From Candidatus Omnitrophus magneticus (lineage in GTDB: Bacteria > Omnitrophota > Gorgyraeia > Tantalellales > Tantalellaceae): DNA of 64,000 nucleotides. Shown piece after piece: positions 46,024 through 55,332 of the stretch; the first letter of the stretch is position 1; each line of letters opens with the position of its first letter. The stretch spans positions 17-64,016 of the forward strand of contig JYNY01000203.1 in assembly GCA_000954095.1 (NCBI GenBank), read 5' to 3'. The notes beneath the pieces were generated by a model, which saw only the letters and a list, made by a program, of their open reading frames with translations, had not been told where the DNA came from and searched no databases. A program made the translations under genes and the position numbers.

Positions 46024-47418
46024 ATGTATCAAACTAAAAAAATAGCGTCATTACTAATATTTTTTGGAATAATAATTTTTGCTTTTTTATTGAGAACCCC
46101 GACCTTTAATCTTCCACACTTCAGAGGCGATGAACATCATTATATAAGTTTAGCGTTTAAACTGGAAACTCAAGGGATTGACGGATATAATCTACGCGGA
46201 GTAGATATATATTCCGCGAAAGGATACCCCGAACTCCTAACCATTGTGCCTGCAAAAGATAAAGGTCATATACTAAAAGGATTAGAACAAATAGGCGTTA
46301 CTTATTATGACGAACCATTACATCATATGCCGTGGGGATTTCCTGCGGCATTAATTATTTCCCACAAAATATTCGCTAGAAACGAACCATATCGTATGCT
46401 TACCGCTAATGATATGGAAATAATAAAACAAAATCCGCCGGGAGTAGGATTACGTAATTTCAGATTTCCTAAAGAAATAGTTAACCAACAATTTTACGCT
46501 CTTTTCCTGCCACTATTTTTCAGTTTAGCTACTATCGCGTTAATTTATTTTATAGTTATGAATCTATATAATGATAAATGGGTCGCTTTTACCGCGATGT
46601 TTTTAATGGCTATATCTCCCATAGATTTACTTACTTCTCAAAAAATTTGGGCGGATGAACAGACTCTTTTTTTTGCGGTACTCGCTATTTTTTTATATAT
46701 TTTATCTGTTAAAAAAAATATTTCATTATTAGCATTTTTAGCCGGAATTTCCTGCGGTATAAGCACTATCACAAAACAAAACGGCGGCGCTATAGCTGGA
46801 CTAGCGATTATTTTGTGGCATATTGTTTCAAATGCCGATAATCTTTTCAAAAAAGAAACCTGCTTGAAAACTATATTTGATAAAAAATTAATTTTATTTT
46901 TCTTAGGAACTTTCCTAAGCGCGGGATACTGGTTCTACAAAGTTATCAAAATCTACGGAGAACCATTGTACCGGCCGCGGCAAGAAAATTTATTAGAAAG
47001 CGCTAAAATCGGATGGTTTAAAATAGTTCAAAGCCGCCCTAAATATCTATACTTAGTGGGGATCCCTTACCAAAATCCTCTTTTTTTACTTGCTTACATA
47101 TCACCTATTTGGCTTTATCTGAATAAAAAATTATTTAAATCCCACTGTATGCCTGTTTTATGGCTGGCAGGAGCGTTTTATTTAGCGTCAAAATTTTTTA
47201 CAGGCGAGCATCGTTATATGATTACCGCGTATCCCGCGTTTGCCATGCTAAGCGCTTTTGTAAGCAATAGAATGCGCTTATGGATAGATAATTTTATGGG
47301 CTATAAAACAGGAACCGTTTTATTTTTCAGTATATTAATATTTTCAATTTTTTGGAGCGTGCCAATGGCTTATGAAACGTTATACCATGTTGGCGCTCTC
47401 ATCTTAAAACCTTTTTAA
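46024..47418 (+). CDS. GT-C fold membrane glycosyltransferase (PMT_2 / ArnT-like), second copy in the window
   Basis: 464 aa polytopic protein with the early loop motif FRGDEHHY. Same family pattern as 13989-15743. Confidence 0.7.
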   Translation: MYQTKKIASLLIFFGIIIFAFLLRTPTFNLPHFRGDEHHYISLAFKLETQGIDGYNLRGVDIYSAKGYPELLTIVPAKDKGHILKGLEQIGVTYYDEPLHHMPWGFPAALIISHKIFARNEPYRMLTANDMEIIKQNPPGVGLRNFRFPKEIVNQQFYALFLPLFFSLATIALIYFIVMNLYNDKWVAFTAMFLMAISPIDLLTSQKIWADEQTLFFAVLAIFLYILSVKKNISLLAFLAGISCGISTITKQNGGAIAGLAIILWHIVSNADNLFKKETCLKTIFDKKLILFFLGTFLSAGYWFYKVIKIYGEPLYRPRQENLLESAKIGWFKIVQSRPKYLYLVGIPYQNPLFLLAYISPIWLYLNKKLFKSHCMPVLWLAGAFYLASKFFTGEHRYMITAYPAFAMLSAFVSNRMRLWIDNFMGYKTGTVLFFSILIFSIFWSVPMAYETLYHVGALILKPF

Positions 47419-47493
47419 TTATAAAACTGCGCTAGTTAATACTCTCAAAAAACAACTTCCTTGATTTCGCTAAAAGGCGGATGATTTAGTAAT

Positions 47494-48906
47494 ATGTCTT
47501 TTAAAAAAGAAGTTATAATAAGCGGCGTATGGGTTTTTTCACTTCGAACAATTCAACTGTTTTTTTCTTTGGCATCACTAATTATTATCAGCAGATTTCT
47601 TACTCCAAAAGACATCGGGACATTTGGTGTAGTCCTTTTAATTTTATCTATTCTTGAAGTTTTTTCAGGCATTGGTTTTGAACAAGCAATAATTCAAAAA
47701 CGTTTCCATAAAAGAAAATATTGCGACACAGCTTGGACAATACGGATTTTTCGAGGATTTATTATTTCTTTTATTTTATTAACCACTGCCCCGTTTATCG
47801 CGGATTTTTTTAAGCTCCCACAAATAATTCTTATATTAAGAGTTATTTGTCTAACCATATTATTTCAGAATTGTTCCAACATAAATGTGATTCTCCTGCA
47901 AAAAGAATTAAAATTTAAACAATACTTTATCTACAACAGCATATCTTTAATTATAGAAGGACTTATAACTATCAGCGGTATTATTATTTTCCGTAATGTA
48001 TGGGCGCTTGTTTTCGGAAATATTGCCGGTAATTTTTTTAAATGTATTATTTCATTTTTTATAATAAAAGAAAAACCGAGAATATATTTTAATACCGCCC
48101 ACGCAAAACAACTTTTTAATTTCGGGAGATGGGTATTATGGTCTAATGCGCTAACTTTTCTAGCAATACAATTTGACAGTTTTTTTATCGGTAAAGTTAT
48201 GGGCCCGATTTCACTAGGGTTTTATGGACTCGCGGGACGAATAGCAAATCTGCCTGTTACAGAAATTGGAAATGTTATAGGACAAGTTACTTTCCCGGCG
48301 TATTCAAAACTACAAAAAGACATCTCTAAAATGAAAGCCGCGTATCTAAAAACTCTAAACTTTATATCTTTCATCGCCTGCCCGGTAACCTGTTTAATAG
48401 TTATATTATCCCATAGTTTTGTAATATTATTTTTAGGAGAAAGGTGGCTTTCCACGGTGCCTCTTATTAAAATTTTATCAATTGCCGCCGTATTGCGTTG
48501 CCTTGCAGGCACAGCGGCTAAAGTTTTTTACGCGTTAGGATTTCCTCGGCTTGAAACAAAAATACAACTATTACGGCTCATAATCTTACTTCTTTTTATA
48601 TACCCATTATCTTATAAATGGGGCACAAACGGAATTGCGCTAGCTGTATTAATAAGTGTTTTTTTAACAGCCGGCATGTTTTTCATTATTTTATCTAAAA
48701 TTATAAAAACCAATCTTATGGATTTTATAAACGCGATAAAATGGCCGTTACTAAACACCTTTTTTATGGTCATTCTAACTTATCCCTTATCATCAAAATA
48801 TGGGAATAACGTAATAGGATTTATAAAGACATTATTAACTGGAATTATTGTTTATATAAGTATGTTTTTATTACACAAAAAATGGGTTAACAAAAAAACC
48901 GCGTGA
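47494..48906 (+). CDS. MOP-superfamily polysaccharide flippase (Wzx-like)
   Basis: 470 aa with about 12-14 TM segments. Typical polysaccharide-biosynthesis-protein N-terminal pattern. Confidence 0.8.
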   Translation: MSFKKEVIISGVWVFSLRTIQLFFSLASLIIISRFLTPKDIGTFGVVLLILSILEVFSGIGFEQAIIQKRFHKRKYCDTAWTIRIFRGFIISFILLTTAPFIADFFKLPQIILILRVICLTILFQNCSNINVILLQKELKFKQYFIYNSISLIIEGLITISGIIIFRNVWALVFGNIAGNFFKCIISFFIIKEKPRIYFNTAHAKQLFNFGRWVLWSNALTFLAIQFDSFFIGKVMGPISLGFYGLAGRIANLPVTEIGNVIGQVTFPAYSKLQKDISKMKAAYLKTLNFISFIACPVTCLIVILSHSFVILFLGERWLSTVPLIKILSIAAVLRCLAGTAAKVFYALGFPRLETKIQLLRLIILLLFIYPLSYKWGTNGIALAVLISVFLTAGMFFIILSKIIKTNLMDFINAIKWPLLNTFFMVILTYPLSSKYGNNVIGFIKTLLTGIIVYISMFLLHKKWVNKKTA

Positions 48907-48919
48907 ACATGAGGTTATA

Positions 48920-49534
48920 ATGATAGAAAAAATAAATGAACATTATTTTAGCAATACATATGACACTAAAAAACGTTTTATCAGCTACTGGCATCAAATA
49001 AATGAAATAATCAAAACTAATCCTAAAAATATTTTAGAAATAGGGGCCGGCAATAAATTTGTATCCATATACTTAAAACAAAAAAATTTTAATGTGACAA
49101 CCGTGGATATCAATCCGAATCTTGAACCGGATGTTGTAGCAAATGTTATAAAAATGCCTTTTAAAAATAATTCGTTTCATACTGTAAACTGCTGTGAAAC
49201 TTTAGAACATATGCCTTATGAAAATTTCAGTAAAGCCCTTAGTGAAATCTACCGTGTCGCGGAATTTCACGCGGTCATATCTATCCCCGATATAACTAAG
49301 ATATTACACGTTCCCTATATTTTACAAAAATACGCCGATAAATTTTTTAAAAAAGCAATCCCGCGCGATTTAGATAAACATTATTGGGAGATAGGGAAAA
49401 AAATGTATCCGCTTAGTAGAATTATAAAAGATATCAAACACACAGGTTTTATTGTGGTCTCCTCTTATAATGTTCCTGAAAACTTATATCACAAATTTTT
49501 CATATTAAAAAAAATAAAAAAACATCTACTTTAA
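48920..49534 (+). CDS. Class I SAM-dependent methyltransferase
   Basis: Motif I ILEIGAGNK, then an acidic residue after beta-2 (TTVDINP) and post-I motifs. Confidence 0.8.
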   Translation: MIEKINEHYFSNTYDTKKRFISYWHQINEIIKTNPKNILEIGAGNKFVSIYLKQKNFNVTTVDINPNLEPDVVANVIKMPFKNNSFHTVNCCETLEHMPYENFSKALSEIYRVAEFHAVISIPDITKILHVPYILQKYADKFFKKAIPRDLDKHYWEIGKKMYPLSRIIKDIKHTGFIVVSSYNVPENLYHKFFILKKIKKHLL

Positions 49535-49559
49535 AAATATATCGCTTTAAAACAATTAT

Positions 49560-50735
49560 ATGACAAAAAAGACTATTAAAATTTTATTTATTTCTCACAG
49601 CGCGGGGCTATACGGAGCAGAAAAAAGTTTATTAATTCTCTTAAAAAATATAGATAGAACCCGTTTTTCCCCTATTGTTATGCTCCCCTGCACAGGCCCA
49701 TTGGAAGAAGAAATAAAAATTTTAAATATTCCCGTTATTGTCCTGCCGTATAAACTAAAAATAACAACTAAAAAATACAAACTTACTGCATATATATTTT
49801 TTAGATATTTATGGCAAATAATTATATTCACACAGCGTTTAATCAAGCTCATAAAATTACACAAAATAGATGTGGTGTATACCAATACCTCCATTATTCC
49901 TATTGGCGCTCTCGCGGCATTAATAGCGCGCGTCCCTCATGTTTGGCATATCCGCGAACTTATTAAAAATGATAAATTTTTTAAAATAGTGCCACCAGGA
50001 CTTGTCATAAATTTTATAAAATTATTTTCTAAAAAAATAATAGCAAACTCAAAAATAACTGCGGAACAATTTTACAGCAATTATTCCTCAATAAAAAAAA
50101 TAGAAGTAATATATAATGGTGTTGAAATTATAAATGAACCTGCCACGGATACCAAGATAGACACACTGCTTAAAAACAATTGGTGCGTAGCTGTTATCGG
50201 AACAATCCAGCCGTCTAAAGGGCAAGAAACAGCAATCCGCGCGCTTAATTTAATCACAAACAAAATTCCGAATATAAAATTACTTATAATTGGGGACGGA
50301 GAAAAAATATATTTAAATCATCTTAACAAACTGATATCTGACTTCCAATTACAAAAATATGTTCTTTTTACAGGATTTAGAAAAGATATATTTAATATTC
50401 TAAATCACTGCCGGATTTTATTGTGCCCCTCTATAGTAGAATCTTTCGGCAGAACTATTATAGAAGCAATGGCTAAAGGTATCCCGGCTATAGGAACAAA
50501 TACCGGCGGCATTAAAGAAATAATAGAAGACGGGTTTTCTGGATACCTTGTTCCTATTGGAGATGAAAATATACTCTCTGAAAAAATCTATTTTTTATTT
50601 CAAAATCCACGAAAGGCTGAACTAATGGGAAAACGAGGGATAAAAATAGTAAAAGAAAAATTCAACATACCGCAATATATTACTAGCATAGAACACGTTA
50701 TAATTGAAACAAATGCTGCTAAAAAACTTCTTTAA
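49560..50735 (+). CDS. GT4 glycosyltransferase (group 1)
   Basis: ILFISHSAGLYGAEKSLL N-terminus and the C-terminal E-x7-E region ESFGRTIIEAMAKGIP. Confidence 0.88.
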   Translation: MTKKTIKILFISHSAGLYGAEKSLLILLKNIDRTRFSPIVMLPCTGPLEEEIKILNIPVIVLPYKLKITTKKYKLTAYIFFRYLWQIIIFTQRLIKLIKLHKIDVVYTNTSIIPIGALAALIARVPHVWHIRELIKNDKFFKIVPPGLVINFIKLFSKKIIANSKITAEQFYSNYSSIKKIEVIYNGVEIINEPATDTKIDTLLKNNWCVAVIGTIQPSKGQETAIRALNLITNKIPNIKLLIIGDGEKIYLNHLNKLISDFQLQKYVLFTGFRKDIFNILNHCRILLCPSIVESFGRTIIEAMAKGIPAIGTNTGGIKEIIEDGFSGYLVPIGDENILSEKIYFLFQNPRKAELMGKRGIKIVKEKFNIPQYITSIEHVIIETNAAKKLL

Positions 50736-50763
50736 CATCTTCCAGAAAAAATTCTTACACTAT

Positions 50764-50827
50764 TTTAAAAACCTTTTAGCCGCTGAAATTCGCATTATTC
50801 GCTATGACGAAATGCTATTTTTAGGTT
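50764..50827. repeat. Half copy (right arm) of the 170-bp palindromic element
   Basis: ttttaaaaaccttttagccgctgaaattcgcattattcgctatgacgaaatgctatttttaggtt aligns with 63724-63788. Lies between convergent GT4 genes and overlaps the stop of 50826-51986. Confidence 0.7.
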
Positions 50828-51986
50828 AAACGATTGATATGACTTTTTCAAAAATATCAATATACTTTTTAGCTGTAACTTTTATATCATAATTATTGAA
50901 ATATTGTTTATTGTTAACAGCCATTATTTTCCGCGCGCGTTCATCTAACGCTAAACTAATAATTGCCCGCGCCATTTCTTCTTCATCATTAGGATTTATT
51001 AAAATACCATTTTTTGAAGATGTGATAATATCTGTTTGCCCGCCGATATTAGTGGATATTATAGGAAGGCCGTGCGACATGGCTTCAAGAATGACTATCC
51101 CAAAACCTTCATGTTCTGAAGATAGAATATAAAGATCGCTATTTTGCAGGTATTGATTTTTTTGTTCATCTGTCACTCTGCCCGCGAATTTTATTTTATT
51201 TAAAATACCCAATGTTTCAGCAAGTTCAAAAAGATTTTGTTTTTCAGGGCCGTCTCCTAAAATGATAAGCTGTGAATTATTTATTTTTTTAAGGACGATA
51301 TTAAACGCTTTTATAAGAATATCATATCTCTTTCTTTTTACTAAACGGCCGACCGAAATTAAATAAATATTATTTTTATCCATATCTAACTCCGCGCGCG
51401 ACGAAGAAAAAAAAATTTTACGCGGAATACCGATAGGAATAACATTTATTTGTTTATTAAAATTATAATACTTACGGGCGTTTTTTGCCGTGTCAGTTGA
51501 TTCCGCTATTACAATCTCCGCGTTATTTAAAACCATCTTAACCGCGCGTCTAAAAAGAAAATGACGGTGCGGTGATAATTTTTTACTAGGGTCAAATATA
51601 TCTCCGCCGAGAATGCTTAACACGCTGGGTATTCTTAAAATTTTCACTAGGATTAAACTAACGATTCCGGATGGCACAGCGAAATGAGTATTAATTACAT
51701 CATATTTATTCCGCGCGCATAAAATTAACGCCTTTAAAAAAGCTAAAATGGGAAAAGTCAAAAGAGACAATATTGTTGCTATTTCTAATGATTTTCTACA
51801 AAGAACTTTAACCCTATAGATATTAACTCCATTAATTTTTTCATATAAACTTAATCCCTTAAAATGGGTAGTAACAACATCAACATAATGCCCCTCTCGA
51901 ACGAATTCTTCGACTAAGTCACGTGTAAAAATTCCGCCTCCGCCGCCTAACGGCGGATATTCATAATTTATAATTAATATTTTCAT
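50826..51986 (-). CDS. GT4 glycosyltransferase (group 1)
   Basis: MKILIINYEYPPLGGGGG N-terminus and EGFGIVILEAMSHGLP E-x7-E motif. Confidence 0.88.
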   Translation of the reverse strand: MKILIINYEYPPLGGGGGIFTRDLVEEFVREGHYVDVVTTHFKGLSLYEKINGVNIYRVKVLCRKSLEIATILSLLTFPILAFLKALILCARNKYDVINTHFAVPSGIVSLILVKILRIPSVLSILGGDIFDPSKKLSPHRHFLFRRAVKMVLNNAEIVIAESTDTAKNARKYYNFNKQINVIPIGIPRKIFFSSSRAELDMDKNNIYLISVGRLVKRKRYDILIKAFNIVLKKINNSQLIILGDGPEKQNLFELAETLGILNKIKFAGRVTDEQKNQYLQNSDLYILSSEHEGFGIVILEAMSHGLPIISTNIGGQTDIITSSKNGILINPNDEEEMARAIISLALDERARKIMAVNNKQYFNNYDIKVTAKKYIDIFEKVISIV

Positions 51987-52084
51987 TTTAGTTATAAACC
52001 CAAATTTTGCAATAGGCCGTCGATAAAATGTCTCTAAATTTTTCTCGAAGTCTATCGCAAAATCCGGGATAAAAAAAACTCAAT

Positions 52085-53614
52085 TTATTTTTTGCCTTGT
52101 GTCTTTAAAAATTTTACGCCTTTTTTAGTTATCCGATACCTCTGTAAACGGCTATTAGGTTTACTTGGAATAGTATATTCGATTAATCCATTCTCTATCG
52201 CTCGCTTTAGATATCGTTCTTCAAAATTAGCTCTCCCCACTAGCTCAAGTTTTTCCTGTAATTCTTTACGCGACATTTCTCCCTTGAAATTTTTCAATAA
52301 TCGCGCTACTTCTAAACTGACTTGACCTGCGACTTGACCTGCGACTTGACCTGCGACTTGACCTGCGACTTGACCTGCGACTTGACCAACCTTCTTTTCA
52401 ATAAATCGTTTTCGCCAAACTGTCAAAATAAAAAATCCATTTTCCAAGCAGAATTTAGGCGCTTTTAAGCCTGCTTTTCTACAATTATTAAAAATATCTA
52501 CCGTACCGGTTCCAGCCTTTTCAATATACTTCGTCAAAAATAACGGTTCAGCAATCAACGGATTTCCCGGTTGAGATGAATGAGGTTTTGATAAACTCTC
52601 GGTTGTAAGTGAAGGCGGTAATGTCCCCGGATTCCATATTTCAAGACGATCTGAAAAAAGCATTATTTCTACGCTGGCATTACTTGTGTAATCCCTATGG
52701 GCAACAGCATTAACAATGCCTTCCGTAACTACTTCCCTTGGAATATCATATTCAACCGGCGCCTGCGGGCCACGATTTCGAGTACCGACAAAACGGTTCA
52801 ATTTTGACATTACAAAATCAACAGATTGATCTACCATGTCAAAAACAGTTCCTTTATAAATTTGATATGATGGAATTGGTTTTAACTTCCGTATGCCATG
52901 AAAATGCATACATTTTATTTCTGAAGCGATAAGAAATCGTTGCGGCTTCGCCCCAAATAATAATATCGCCGCATGATTTGGTTTTCCTTTATTAAGTAAA
53001 TCCAAGTGTGTTAAAACATCCCTGACTCGAGTTTTTTCTGATAACGCGTAATCCCGAGAATTACGCGCTTCAGAAAGAAACCAACGAATCTTATCCTCTG
53101 AAATATCTGATAACTCCGCGTTACGACATACTGTAGAATCAAAAGGCCCTGATAGAATTCTCCCGGTTGAAAGAAGATGGTCTACTAAACTCGCATAAAC
53201 AGCCGAGTTTAATTCTAGTTGGTTATTGAAACGGCGCCGAATTAATTGCTCCCCAACCGCTCGAATTAAACCAAGCATTTTAGGATGTCTTTTAGAGTCA
53301 TCTTCGCTTTTTATAAAAATCAACCGAGGCTTCCCAAGTTTAGTCGCTAAAAGAAACTCCCTGTGAGTTGGAGACTGCCCTTTACTATCTTCAGAACCAT
53401 AATTATTGCCAAATAATCCAAGATATATATCACTCGCCTTCACCTCTTCTAAATAAACATCTTCAGCACGGCGGTCTCTGGCAGGTTGAGATTCAAATAA
53501 AAATACATCAAAAAACTGCCTTAATAGAGGATCTCCGTAAATATAGTCTCTTAGTGTCTGCCGCTCTAGCTTAAGCTCTTTTTGCGCTCCACTAATAAAA
53601 ATTTTATATTTCAT
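52085..53614 (-). CDS. DUF4062-like N-terminal domain fused to a COG2865-type module (RecG-C/HATPase_c_4-like, NAVAHRDY) and a C-terminal wHTH
   Basis: N-terminus IFISGAQKELKLERQTL...DIYLGLFGNNYGS...PTHREFLLA fits the DUF4062 pattern. NAVAHRDY...DRLEIWNPG...IEKAGTGT fits HATPase_c_4. C-terminal ...RANFEERYLKRAIENGLIEYTIPSKPNSRLQRYRITKKG is the usual wHTH tail. (GQVA)n linker. Confidence 0.75.
   Translation of the reverse strand: MKYKIFISGAQKELKLERQTLRDYIYGDPLLRQFFDVFLFESQPARDRRAEDVYLEEVKASDIYLGLFGNNYGSEDSKGQSPTHREFLLATKLGKPRLIFIKSEDDSKRHPKMLGLIRAVGEQLIRRRFNNQLELNSAVYASLVDHLLSTGRILSGPFDSTVCRNAELSDISEDKIRWFLSEARNSRDYALSEKTRVRDVLTHLDLLNKGKPNHAAILLFGAKPQRFLIASEIKCMHFHGIRKLKPIPSYQIYKGTVFDMVDQSVDFVMSKLNRFVGTRNRGPQAPVEYDIPREVVTEGIVNAVAHRDYTSNASVEIMLFSDRLEIWNPGTLPPSLTTESLSKPHSSQPGNPLIAEPLFLTKYIEKAGTGTVDIFNNCRKAGLKAPKFCLENGFFILTVWRKRFIEKKVGQVAGQVAGQVAGQVAGQVAGQVSLEVARLLKNFKGEMSRKELQEKLELVGRANFEERYLKRAIENGLIEYTIPSKPNSRLQRYRITKKGVKFLKTQGKK
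52319..52387 (-). repeat. 12-bp perfect tandem repeat (gacttgacctgc x5.75) encoding (GQVA)n inside the CDS
   Basis: Read directly from the sequence at 52319-52387. It is in frame and encodes VGQVAGQVAGQVAGQVAGQVAGQV. Confidence 0.95.
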
Positions 53615-53943
53615 CGCCTTTAACCTCTTTTACTCTATTTGCCGGAAACATGCTTTACTTTTTGTTCATCACAAAAACTATAGCTCCCCTCAAAAAAATA
53701 TATATATTATCATTATCGAACAGATATCCAAAATAGGTTTAACAATAAAACTTAGCACTATTTTTTTTGAATCCTTAAACGCCTTACATGATAAAAAAAT
53801 TATTAAAGAAAATGTAAAAATAATGCCTGCCCAAAATAATACTTTAGATAAAAAAAATAACGCTGTCATAACTAATAAATATATTAACGGAAAATGGCCT
53901 TTGAAAAATAATGCTTCTAAACTCAAGTTAATATAGGCATATA

Positions 53944-54756
53944 TTACGGCATCTCCTTACAAGAGTGATAAAACTTATCAACCGAATATTCCCAGCTCGC
54001 GAGATTTATTCCATTTTTTTCAATAGTCCTACGCGCGTTTATAAGGCCGTCCACAACAAAGTTGTATATATTCGCAGTGGATACTGCTTGAATATGATTA
54101 TATTTTAATCCTTCAATAAAATGGCTGTATTTCCCTACACCGCCTGAGGCTATAATCGGCAGTTTCGTTTGATTGCCGGCAAGTTCCAAAAGATTTAAAT
54201 CATACCCAAACCCTGTTCCGTCCTTCTCTATTGAAGTAAGATATATTTCTCCCGAGCCTAAATCTTCGGCGCGACGGATTATTTCTTGAACCTTTAATCC
54301 GGTATTATAAGACCCCTGCTTTATAAAAATATAATAATCATTTTCTATTTTTTTCGCGTCAATTGAAATAACAACGCACTGCCTTCCAAAAATTTTAGAT
54401 AACGAAGAAACAAGATTCGGATTTTCTATTATCGCTGTATTTAAAACTAATTTATCCGCGTTTGCGTTTAAAATTTTATATCCATCCTCTACTGAACGAA
54501 TCCAACCGCCCGCGGAAACCGGCAAAAAATATTTTTTACTTAGTTCAATAAGATGCGCGCAAAATTCATCCATATCGGCATTTTTTCTGGAAACATTCAG
54601 AACGACAAGTTCATCTATTGAAAAAGCTATGGCGTCAAAACTATAATTTTCGCGGAGCCACTCAAGATTCCCGGCTTCCTGCAGACGAAAATTACGGCTA
54701 AGCATATAATTGCCGCTATCGTATAACAATGTGAATATAAGACGTTTTTTTAGCAT
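53944..54756 (-). CDS. hisF: Imidazole glycerol phosphate synthase cyclase subunit homolog (HisF-like, glycan-locus WbuZ type)
   Basis: TIM-barrel HisF pattern (LIFTLLY..., ...SGGVG...). No other his genes nearby. Context is polysaccharide genes. Confidence 0.75.
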   Translation of the reverse strand: MLKKRLIFTLLYDSGNYMLSRNFRLQEAGNLEWLRENYSFDAIAFSIDELVVLNVSRKNADMDEFCAHLIELSKKYFLPVSAGGWIRSVEDGYKILNANADKLVLNTAIIENPNLVSSLSKIFGRQCVVISIDAKKIENDYYIFIKQGSYNTGLKVQEIIRRAEDLGSGEIYLTSIEKDGTGFGYDLNLLELAGNQTKLPIIASGGVGKYSHFIEGLKYNHIQAVSTANIYNFVVDGLINARRTIEKNGINLASWEYSVDKFYHSCKEMP

Positions 54757-54842
54757 TTTCTCTTCATTCCTAATGCCGTTTTAGATGGAGTTAAAAGCAT
54801 CAAAATAAGACCTGCCATATTTTTCTTATCTGCCAATTTCTT

Positions 54843-55254
54843 TCAGCAATTAACAAAGTCAATACTGTTAGCGCTTGCGATGTGAAACACGGTTTTTCGG
54901 TTTAATACTCTAGTTGCCCATTGACGGAATTTTGTCCCTGTTTTTGAACTTATTCTATACCCAACGGAAATAATAGCGTCAAGGTTATACACATCCACTC
55001 TTCGTTTTACAGCCCTACCGCCCTCTTTTTTAACTTGTTCCAATTTGTAACAAGTTGCCGAACGAGTTAATTCGCCTTCTCGATAAATATTTTTTAGATA
55101 TTTTGTTATAGCCTGTGGATTAACTCCAAAAACATCAGCCATCTTTCTTACGTAGCCCACAATGTTTCTTTTTTTATGTCCGTTCGAAATCCTATAGCCC
55201 TGATTTAGCCTGATAAACTATAATATTGTTAGTATCATTGTTATTGTTTTTCAT
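54843..55254 (-). pseudogene. RhuM-family (virulence/Fic-associated) gene remnant, frameshifted and C-terminally truncated
   Basis: Three frames together give MKNNNNDTNNIIVYQAKSG / AIGFRTDIKKETLWAT / RKMADVFGVNPQAITKYLKNIYREGEL...YNLDAIISVGYRISSKTGTKFRQWATRVL. This matches the RhuM N-terminal consensus, but two frameshifts are needed and the usual roughly 200 C-terminal residues are absent. Confidence 0.7.
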
Positions 55255-55332
55255 ACCGCACTACTGCTCTCTTTGATTAATAATGCAACTTTTACTGTTA
55301 AAAAAATTATCTCTTAAACATAGAAAATACAA

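Noticed and set aside
52319-52387. Possible CRISPR array or other spaced-repeat locus (the 12-bp tandem repeat and the palindromic repeat clusters at 38.3 kb).
   Set aside because: The 12-bp units are contiguous and in frame within a CDS. The 38-kb hairpins have no regular repeat-spacer periodicity, and no cas genes are present.
53690-53926. 78-aa hydrophobic ORF between the DUF4062 gene and the hisF-like gene.
   Set aside because: TTG start, no RBS and AT-rich low-complexity hydrophobic sequence. It could be a real small membrane protein, but the evidence is insufficient.
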